Below, one piece after another: positions 1-7,383 of a stretch of 64,000 nucleotides of DNA. Below the pieces are notes generated by a model. The model was not told the origin of the DNA. It saw only the letters and a program-made list of their open reading frames with translations, and searched no databases. Source of the DNA: Acidobacteriota bacterium (GTDB taxonomy: Bacteria > Acidobacteriota > CAIWXX01). Numbering within the stretch: the first letter of the stretch is position 1; the number at the start of each line of letters is the position of its first letter. The stretch covers positions 97,306 through 161,305 of the forward strand of contig JBFMAF010000032.1 in the NCBI GenBank assembly GCA_040755995.1, given 5' to 3'. The position numbers were made by a program, and so were the translations under genes.

Positions 1-435
1 GAGGCGCTGGCGCGCGCCAGCGCGAAGCTGAGACAGGATGGCTACGGGCTTCTCGTCTACGACGGCTATCGCCCATGGTCGGTGACGAAGCTGTTCTGGG
101 GCGAGACTCCGCCGGAGAAGAGACGATTCGTAGCCGATCCGAAGAAGGGCTCTAGACACAACCGAGGATGCTCGGTCGACCTGACACTCTACGACATCAA
201 CACCGGTGAAGCGGTGACCATGCCGAGCGGCTACGACGAATTCTCCGAGCGGGCATACCCGGGCTACCAGGGCGGCTCCGGCGAATCACGCCGCCTCCGC
301 GATCTGCTCCGCAGTGTCATGGAATCGGAAGGCTTCAGCGTGTACGAGTACGAGTGGTGGCACTTCGACTACAAGGACTGGGCGCATTACCCAGTCCTGA
401 ATGCCCAGTTCTACGAGATCGCGGCGGCGCCATAG
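1..435 (+). CDS. ddpX: D-alanyl-D-alanine dipeptidase (M15D/VanX family), 5' end outside window
   Basis: SRHNRGCSVDLTL and EWWHFDY zinc-peptidase motifs; the frame is open from base 1 (includes DGYRP). Confidence 0.9.
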   Translation, partial: EALARASAKLRQDGYGLLVYDGYRPWSVTKLFWGETPPEKRRFVADPKKGSRHNRGCSVDLTLYDINTGEAVTMPSGYDEFSERAYPGYQGGSGESRRLRDLLRSVMESEGFSVYEYEWWHFDYKDWAHYPVLNAQFYEIAAAP

Positions 436-795
436 TAGGGACCACCGCCGCGGACCGGGTCCCTCGGAGTGCTCGGCGGACTCGGGCAAGGCAGGCTCGT
501 GTACTGGGACCACCAATGGTGGTGTCGCCGGTGCGCCTGGCCGCGACTTGCCGGGAGTCTGCGACACGCGTTAGACTACGAATATGGGAGTATCCGAGCG
601 TCGCCAGCAGAAGCCCTTCAGCCAGCATGTTCTTGGACGGGCCGGAGAACACTGCAGGAGGGCGCCGGGGCCGGCGGGCGACGCCGCCGAACAGCTGGGC
701 GGCCGTCGGACTGGCCGAGGGCCCGGCCGCGTCCATAGCTCACTCGGAACCGACGTGGCAGGGGCTCCCGCGCAGAAGTTCGCTAGAGGATAGCA

Positions 796-2031
796 ATGAT
801 CACCAGGATCGAAGCTTCAAACTTCCGCTGCTTCCAGGCGTTGGCTGCGGACATGGGCGAGTTCGAGCTGTTCGTGGGGGCCAATGGGGCTGGCAAGTCC
901 ACGCTGGTCACGATCCCTGCGTTCATACATGACGTCATGCTGTCAGGCCCGGAACATGCCGTATTCGGCAAGGGCGCGGCGGGTCTTGTGCGTGCCCTTC
1001 GGGCCGGGGACTTGGTATTCGGCAGGCAAGGGCAATACGCGGAGCTGGCCATCGAGGTGCGCCTCCCTTATCACGTGCAGAAAGCGTTGCGCGGCAGGTA
1101 CTCCTCCGCCCGGATCGAGATGACGATCGAGCTATGTGATACATCCCGGCCGGGCCTCGTGTACGAAGCACTCTGGCTTCGGCCGGAACGGACGGCTGTG
1201 GAGGCACATTCTGGAGTTTCGGGCGACACTCACAACTCGCCTGATTGGCGACAGGTCGCGCTGAGAGACACCATCAACGGCGTTCAGTGGGTTTCTCCGG
1301 AGGTGGGCAGCCACGACCCTGTCTCGAAGAAGCTGCTCATGCGTGTCAGCCTGTTGGGCTCGATCGACCAGGATGACTCGCGCTTCCCCGCGTATGTCTG
1401 GATTCGCAGTCTGTTGGAGATGGCATCTGCCTGCTACTGGCTCAACCCCGAGAAGATGCGCGCAGCATGTGCACCGTCCAACACGATCTCGCTGGAAGGC
1501 GACGGCGCCAACCTCGCGTGGGTTGTGCGGAATCTCGCATATCAGGATGCCGAGCGGTTCCAGAGATGGATTGATCACGTTCGCACCGCGCTGCCAGAAA
1601 TACAGCGAATCGAAGGCATAGAGCGCGAAGCCGATCATCACGCGTTCATTCGGATTCACTTTGCGGGCGGATTCACGATCGACGGCCCGGGGTTGTCCGA
1701 CGGAACACTTCGCATCCTGGGGCTCACCATTCTCGCATATGCACCGCCCCCTCCGGGAACCATCGTGGTGGAGGAGCCGGAAGTCGGCGTGCACCCCAGG
1801 GGCATAGAAGCGATCATGCAATCTCTCAACGGCCTCTACGGCGCCCAGGTCCTGGTCACGACCCACTCACCCGTCGTGGTGGCCTCGTGCCCTGCAGAGC
1901 GCATCCTAGTCTTTCAGAAGGAGCAGAACGGAGCCGTCACCGTGATTCGTGGCGCGGAACACCCGCGCTTGAGGGACTGGTACGGCTCCCGTGACCTTGG
2001 GACGCTGTTCGCCGCTGGGGTCTTTGGTTGA
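796..2031 (+). CDS. AAA/ABC-type ATPase (AAA_21, MAD3-like)
   Basis: Walker A GANGAGKST, signature LSDGTLR, Walker B VVEEPEVGVHP, TTHSP H-loop; coupled to the next gene by a TTGA overlap. Confidence 0.85.
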   Translation: MITRIEASNFRCFQALAADMGEFELFVGANGAGKSTLVTIPAFIHDVMLSGPEHAVFGKGAAGLVRALRAGDLVFGRQGQYAELAIEVRLPYHVQKALRGRYSSARIEMTIELCDTSRPGLVYEALWLRPERTAVEAHSGVSGDTHNSPDWRQVALRDTINGVQWVSPEVGSHDPVSKKLLMRVSLLGSIDQDDSRFPAYVWIRSLLEMASACYWLNPEKMRAACAPSNTISLEGDGANLAWVVRNLAYQDAERFQRWIDHVRTALPEIQRIEGIEREADHHAFIRIHFAGGFTIDGPGLSDGTLRILGLTILAYAPPPPGTIVVEEPEVGVHPRGIEAIMQSLNGLYGAQVLVTTHSPVVVASCPAERILVFQKEQNGAVTVIRGAEHPRLRDWYGSRDLGTLFAAGVFG

Positions 2032-2678
2032 GAGACCTTTGTGTTGTGGTTCCTTGCAAGGATCTTGCCGAGGCGGTATCAGGGCTCCTGACACGAAGGG
2101 ACTGCGTCGAGCGTTGCCGCTTCGGTCCGGTTGACTTCGATCCTCTCCCATCAGGCGGCGACTTGCTCGTCGACACAATAGGCAAGGATCCTGGCGTGTA
2201 CAGACGGGCGCATGAGCTGCTGCGCGGGCATCTCACCACGCATCAACATACGCGCGTCCTCTGTGACTCGGCCTGGCAAGGCTCGCCCGGTGCCGGGGCG
2301 ATCAGAGCGCATATCGAAGCTAACCTCGACGCCTCGGGTTGGAAAGATCGCCGCGCGGTCATTGTCATTGAGCCCGAGCTGGAGGTATGGGTCTGGGCTC
2401 GCTCGCGCAAGGTAGAGGAGGTCCTGGGATGGAAGGTCGAATCTGAGGGCCCTGTCAAGGCGTGGCTGGAGAGACAGGGGCTGTGGGAGCCTTCCGCCCC
2501 CAAGCCCGCCCAGCCGAAGGAGGCCCTCCGCGCGGCGCTGCGGCGAGCACAGCGACCCCCCTCTTCGGCGATCTTCCGCCGCCTCGGCGACACTCTGCCG
2601 CCCGAGCGCTGCTCGGACAAGGGCCTGAAGCGGCTCATCGGCTGGCTGCGTGCGAAATTCCCACCCAAGCACCAATAG
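2028..2678 (+). CDS. MAD4-like / DUF4276-like partner of the ATPase
   Basis: MRDL N-terminus, DPGVY, VIEPELEVWVW, KPxxPKEA and SSAIF motifs recalled from MAD4-type proteins; overlaps the ATPase stop. Confidence 0.65.
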   Translation: MRDLCVVVPCKDLAEAVSGLLTRRDCVERCRFGPVDFDPLPSGGDLLVDTIGKDPGVYRRAHELLRGHLTTHQHTRVLCDSAWQGSPGAGAIRAHIEANLDASGWKDRRAVIVIEPELEVWVWARSRKVEEVLGWKVESEGPVKAWLERQGLWEPSAPKPAQPKEALRAALRRAQRPPSSAIFRRLGDTLPPERCSDKGLKRLIGWLRAKFPPKHQ

Positions 2679-2708
2679 GCCCCGACAGAAGCCCGGCCGC
2701 CGGGCCAT

Positions 2709-2733
2709 TCGACTTCGTACTTTGACTTCGTAC
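2709..2733 (+). repeat. short TTCGAC/TTCGTAC-type simple repeat
   Basis: ttcgacttcgtactttgacttcgtac. Confidence 0.4.
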
Positions 2734-2763
2734 ATCTTCACACAGCACCCACTCGGTCAGCCT

Positions 2764-3204
2764 TCAGCGTCCCGTGATGCGACTAGGGCCGCTCGTAGCC
2801 CAGAAGGCATTGTCTGCGCGTCTTACGAGGGCCAGTCTCAATGTCGCTGTCCTGCTCCGGCAGTCTTCCGTTGATCCGCGAGGATCGTACCCGTCCATCA
2901 TCCTTGTCTCCTTGGGGTAGACGAGCCGGAGTGCATCCCACCCGTAGACCCGCGTCAGCTGGACGTCAACCAGGTCGTAGCCGACCATCGCGAAGTCCCC
3001 GAAAACCGCTGGAGGGACCGGTTCCAATGTTTGGTTTCTGAAGACGCAGAGGAGGTTCTTTCTGCAAGTGAGACCAGCCACCTCCTGAAGCAAGAAGTCA
3101 AGATAGGTAAAGTAGTCCAACATGAAGTCTTCGTTGAGTATGTGAGGCCAGTAGCTGTCCTTGATCTGTGGCAGAAGCGTCGGACGATGAACTTGCCGAA
3201 ACAC
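2764..3204 (-). pseudogene. chimeric gene fragment (hypothetical protein piece fused to the 117-bp repeat)
   Basis: Protein-like, lower-GC segment ending GYDLVDVQ joins directly to the repeated LTRVYGWD segment. Confidence 0.45.
2843..2959. repeat. 117-bp direct repeat, copy 1 (copy 2 at 5417-5533)
   Basis: 113/117 identical by eye; both copies encode the same peptide on the minus strand. Confidence 0.9.
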
Positions 3205-3339
3205 TCCTGTCGGAAGACGCGATCGACTCTGGCGGGCCTGACGTCGTGGATCTCAGGCAGGTCCTCGGTCATCAACCACATCCTGTAACCTCGATCATCT
3301 GTGGTCGATGTCTTGCACCGAACGCGGTCCTGAGGATTG

Positions 3340-3785
3340 CCGAGAAGCAGGGTATTCAGGTTGTCCTTCGTGAGGCCCCTGACATAGAGGGTCAGGCCAA
3401 CCCGTCCGCGATCCGGCTCCGCCAGAAACCACACATCATCAGCGCCCAGGCTGCAGCCGCCGTAGTCGACCACCAAGTCAAGGCTCTTCGGCGGTCGAAA
3501 CGGAATCACAATCCACTGTGGCATATGCGGGGCCGCTGCGACAAGCTGTCGAACCGCTGGAAAGCGGTCCTTGACCCCATCGGCGCTGACGACGAATTCC
3601 CTTCTGCCCGACTCGATGGGGCCGAACTCAAACGTCAGACCCTTCTCCACCCGGCTGAGCGCACCTGCGAGCTCCTCGAAGACCCGCTCCTGATCTGCCT
3701 CGAACCCGAAAAGTCGGTCGGAGTTCTCGAGAAACCAGTGCCAGAAGCGCTCTTCGCGAGACGTGTTGCTGCGGATTCCCATCAC
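3340..3785 (-). pseudogene. truncated DUF695-associated hypothetical protein (N-terminal ~150 aa)
   Basis: FWHWF...LTFEFG...REFVVSADG...AAP...W...FRP pattern and a good RBS (GGAGGAG); the ORF then runs into unrelated sequence. Confidence 0.5.
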
Positions 3786-3988
3786 TCCTCCATGTGTCTC
3801 TCACGCATGCTGGAATCGGGCGACAGCGCCGGAGGAAAATCGATCACTTGCTCGCCCCAGCTGAGTAACCAACGACATATCCCACCCCCGCGCTGAAGGC
3901 TACGAGCTGGAGTGGAGAAGTGGAGAGGCAGATGTCTCTAGAAGGCACGAGGCAAGAGAAGTGGATCTTGGGGTGCCACCGGCCGTGC

Positions 3989-5245
3989 TTACAGGCAGAA
4001 CCATGGGATCGCGGTCACCTTCTCGTGTATCCGCGTGGGCCGCGTGCACCGGCATACGACGAACCCGCGGGCGGCCCGCTTTGGATGCTCGGCGAGGAAG
4101 GCGAGCAGGTGCCGCGCATCCGTTGGTGACGGATGCTCCGTCCATTTCACTTCCACTGGCGTAAGCTGCCCGCGGCGTTCGACGACGAAGTCGACCTCCG
4201 CGCCTCCCTTGGTGCGCATGTAGTGTAGGCTGCCGGTGCCGAGGTACTGGAGACGCTTCCAGAGTTCCGTGCCGACCCATTGCTCGAAGACCGGCCCGGG
4301 GTTTGCCAGCACAGTGGCCGGCTCAACCGGCAGCTCCGCGGCTGCGTGTCTGACACCGACGTCAAAGAAGAAGAATCGCTCCGTTGACAGTATGCTCTTT
4401 CTCGGGCTGCCCGAGAAGGCCGTCACGCGGAAGCCGATGAACATGTCCTCGAGGAGCTGATAGTAGTTCTTGACGGTGGGGACACTCACGCCGGCATCCT
4501 TGGCGACCTTCGTGTAGTTGATCATCACGCCGGACTCGGTCGCGGCCAGACGCAGGAACCGCACAAATGCCGACCAGTCCTTGATCAGCGCCTCCCGGCG
4601 GAGCTCCTCTTCGAGATACACGAGACTGTAGCTCCGCAGGACATCGGCGCGTGCCTCGGCCTCAGTGACCGCTACGACCGGGAGCTCGCCGAATGTCAGG
4701 CGCTCCATGAGATCCGTCGGCGCGAAGCTCGATGTGGACATGGGCTCCCGAGGAGCAAAGGGGATGGGGGAATCCACAGCGTGGGGCAGCGCAGCGCTCT
4801 CCGGGAATGGCCGCTCGGGTACGGTCAGCGGGTACAAGCGGTGCACAACAGCCCGGCCGGGCAGGAGATTGGCTCCAGTCGTGGGCAGCTTTCGGGCGGA
4901 GCTCCCGCAGAGCACGAAGCGCCACCGCTTCTGATCAGAATCGTAGAGATGCTGCACTGCGTCGAAGATCCGAGGCACGTTCTGAGCTTCGTCCACAACC
5001 ACGACGTGCGCCTGCCGGGACGATGGCAGCGCCCGGCACTGACCGACGAGCTGATCAGGATCGCGCAGGTACGCGGCCCGTTCAGCGGGGCGCGAGAAAT
5101 CAAGCCAGATGGAAGTGTCTGGAAGCAGCCGCTTCAGCAGCGTAGACTTCCCTGTCTGCCGTGCCCCGAACAGGATGTGCACGTGGGGCCAGCGGAGTTT
5201 CCTATGCAGAACCGGTTCCAGCCAACGACTAAACATACAGTGCAC
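3989..5245 (-). CDS. ATP-binding protein, AAA_14 plus DUF4143 domain (likely start ATG at 5236)
   Basis: GARQTGKST, VVDEAQ, LCGSS, FFDVG, and C-terminal EVDFV...PVEVK. Confidence 0.9.
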   Translation of the reverse strand: MHCMFSRWLEPVLHRKLRWPHVHILFGARQTGKSTLLKRLLPDTSIWLDFSRPAERAAYLRDPDQLVGQCRALPSSRQAHVVVVDEAQNVPRIFDAVQHLYDSDQKRWRFVLCGSSARKLPTTGANLLPGRAVVHRLYPLTVPERPFPESAALPHAVDSPIPFAPREPMSTSSFAPTDLMERLTFGELPVVAVTEAEARADVLRSYSLVYLEEELRREALIKDWSAFVRFLRLAATESGVMINYTKVAKDAGVSVPTVKNYYQLLEDMFIGFRVTAFSGSPRKSILSTERFFFFDVGVRHAAAELPVEPATVLANPGPVFEQWVGTELWKRLQYLGTGSLHYMRTKGGAEVDFVVERRGQLTPVEVKWTEHPSPTDARHLLAFLAEHPKRAARGFVVCRCTRPTRIHEKVTAIPWFCL

Positions 5246-5274
5246 TTTATAATAGTTCGACTATTCTAAAGTCA
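5244..5274 (-). promoter_or_regulatory. sigma70-like promoter overlapped by an inverted repeat with 13-bp arms (operator)
   Basis: Minus-strand TTGACT...TATAAA; ACTTTATAATAGT-TCG-ACTATTCTAAAGT (12/13 symmetric). Confidence 0.6.
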
Positions 5275-5416
5275 AGTGTTCTTTTGGTCGACCTCGGCGG
5301 CGTGGACGTGCCTGGTCCGGCTGCCACGTCGCTGCACGCCGCCCGTCTCAGGGCTCGCCAGGGCCACTGGTAGACCGGAATGCACTGGCGGTGCCTTTTC
5401 CAGGGCCGCTTTCAGC

Positions 5417-5533
5417 GTCGCCGTCCTGCTCCGACAGTCTTCCGTTGATCCGCGAGGATCGTACCCGTCCATCATCCTTGTCTCTTTGGGGTAGACGAGC
5501 CGGAGTGCGTCCCACCCGTAGACCCGCGTCAGC
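5417..5533. repeat. 117-bp direct repeat, copy 2
   Basis: Matches 2843-2959. Confidence 0.9.
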
Positions 5534-5633
5534 ACGAGCTCGGACTCGATCATTCCGACGATGCAGGAAGCACTGCGCTGTCGCTCCCCGCTTCGCGATC
5601 ATGAGCAGGGGCTGCTCGGAACTCAGCATCGGT

Positions 5634-6428
5634 TCAGTACTTCAACCTGTAGACCTTCTCGGCAGGATCTACGATGGAGGCAGCGTGGCAGACCAGCACC
5701 TTCTGCTCTTCCGACAGGCCGAACGTGTCGCCGTCGGCCAGAACAGGCCCTCGGTCCAATAGGTAGTGGGCGATGTTGAACGCGAACTCGACTATGTCGG
5801 GCGGATCACGGTCGGACTCGACGATCTCCAACTCCATGAAGCCCAGCGACGCCATCCCTTGTGTACGCAGCGTCACTTTGCCTACGGCGCCAGACAGACC
5901 GAACAGAATCCACAGGTAGAGCGGGAGGAATTCCTCGGTCATCTCCCTGGCCTGCCCGAAGAACGCAGCAGGCGAGTGAACCAGGTTGGCAGCTCCCCAG
6001 TACACACCCAGGGCAGAGGTGCTTTGAGTGACAGCGGCCACAAGCTTGGTTAGATTGATCGCGGCTACCTTCTTCTCCACAGTGCCCCCGACAGTGCAGA
6101 TGAGGTGCGCCGTATGCTTCACGAGCACGTGCGCGGCCTCCGGCCAGAGCAGCGAAGCCTCGCATGCGGCCTGGATATCAACGGCGGGGATCGGCGCCGG
6201 AATGAGGCCGACGGCACCAGCTGCAGGACCGATCTCACACGCGAGCACCTCGTCGTGGCACTCGAAGGCAGTGAACCCGGGCTGGTCTGGCCAGTGTTCC
6301 CGCAGGCAGGCGGTCAGCCTCTTCGGGTCGGGGGGCCTGGGCTCGGCGAGTGCCACCATGGCCACGAACAACGCCGGTTCACGATTCGGCCGCCCGTCCT
6401 TTCCTCGAAGGGCGCGGAGGATCTTCAT
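5634..6428 (-). CDS. DUF4261 domain protein
   Basis: H-x-AHL, GVYWG, PLYLW, TQGMASLGFMELE, YLLDRGPVLADGDTFG pattern. Confidence 0.75.
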   Translation of the reverse strand: MKILRALRGKDGRPNREPALFVAMVALAEPRPPDPKRLTACLREHWPDQPGFTAFECHDEVLACEIGPAAGAVGLIPAPIPAVDIQAACEASLLWPEAAHVLVKHTAHLICTVGGTVEKKVAAINLTKLVAAVTQSTSALGVYWGAANLVHSPAAFFGQAREMTEEFLPLYLWILFGLSGAVGKVTLRTQGMASLGFMELEIVESDRDPPDIVEFAFNIAHYLLDRGPVLADGDTFGLSEEQKVLVCHAASIVDPAEKVYRLKY

Positions 6429-6492
6429 ACGCAGCTACACTCCACGACGGCGCTCCGGTACGGCGCGCTCATCGAGGTAGGTCTATAGCAGC

Positions 6493-6879
6493 TCACCGAA
6501 GCACGATTTCGCATTTCGGACAGGTCCGTGCGTTGTAGCGACCGACGGCATGGTCGCAGGCGGGGCACCGGAGAAGTCGCCGCGCCCGGCGCGTCGCCAT
6601 CACTCCTATCGCTGTGCCGAAAGCAGCTCCTATACTCATCGTGTACGCGATACCGCCATCACCTATGATGCCAGCCAGCATTCCGCTCAAGACGGTCGAG
6701 AGGATCACCAGGCATATGGAACCCACGCCCTCCTTTACGACACGACGGCTCCATTCATCGCGGTAGCAGCGCATCTCGTCGTCGGTGGATGCAACGATAT
6801 CGGCTCGCCGAAACCGGGCTCGCTCGCCCACGGCATCCGGCATCCTTGGAAGGACATCGAGCGGTTCCTGCTCCTCCAT
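6493..6879 (-). CDS. small two-TM membrane protein with C-terminal zinc ribbon
   Basis: Two hydrophobic helices, then CPAC...CPKC. Confidence 0.55.
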   Translation of the reverse strand: MEEQEPLDVLPRMPDAVGERARFRRADIVASTDDEMRCYRDEWSRRVVKEGVGSICLVILSTVLSGMLAGIIGDGGIAYTMSIGAAFGTAIGVMATRRARRLLRCPACDHAVGRYNARTCPKCEIVLR

Positions 6880-7030
6880 GCGAGCTCCTCAGCTCTTACG
6901 AGATCGTGCCCTATGCATAGAGCGGTTGTCAACGCCTTGGGCAGCTGTGGGTGCATGAATTAGAGGTGTTTGGAGTCTCTCGTGCGATCGCATACGGCGA
7001 GCACACGCACTCTCACAGCCAAACGCGCAG

Positions 7031-7059
7031 TTGACGAGCCGCTCCGATCCGAGTAGTCT
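7031..7059 (+). promoter_or_regulatory. sigma70-like promoter for the uORF-secA2 transcript (probably leaderless)
   Basis: TTGACG-17 bp-TAGTCT, ending 6 nt before ATG 7066. Confidence 0.55.
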
Positions 7060-7065
7060 CACTCC

Positions 7066-7314
7066 ATGAGGCGTCGGAGCAGCATGAGCGCCGGGGTCGT
7101 TCGATGGTTTGGATTGCTGCTCTTGCTGGCCCTCGTCGTCTCGACCGCGGGTCCGGACGCTGCGAAAGACCCCGCCTGCTTGCTGCCGCTGCCTTTCTTC
7201 TTGGCGGTCGTGGCCGCTTGTCTGGGCAACCGGGAGCCGACCCCGGACCTGGTCCTTCCGCTGCGCGCGCAGTGGACGATATCGCCTGCCTCACCCCGCG
7301 CCCCTCCTCGCTAG
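7066..7314 (+). CDS. putative secretion-monitoring ribosome arrest peptide (RAPP-type uORF)
   Basis: 82 aa with basic N-terminus and hydrophobic segments, C-terminus ISPASPRAPPR; lies directly upstream of secA; a second copy of the tail conserves the peptide through synonymous changes. Confidence 0.75.
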   Translation: MRRRSSMSAGVVRWFGLLLLLALVVSTAGPDAAKDPACLLPLPFFLAVVAACLGNREPTPDLVLPLRAQWTISPASPRAPPR

Positions 7315-7378
7315 AACTGCCTGCCGTTCGTCCCGGCGGAGTCCATCCGCCGTTTCCAGGCAATCTTCATCGAGGAGG
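7303..7378 (+). promoter_or_regulatory. anti-SD/SD stem-loop sequestering the secA2 ribosome binding site
   Basis: CCTCCTCG (7303-7310) is the exact reverse complement of CGAGGAGG (7371-7378); inner stems TGCCTG/CAGGCA and CGGCGGA/TCCGCCG. Confidence 0.7.
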
Positions 7379-7383
7379 TCACC

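Noticed and set aside
436..795. Intergenic region upstream of the ATPase as an ncRNA or small gene
   Set aside because: No recognisable RNA motif or convincing ORF
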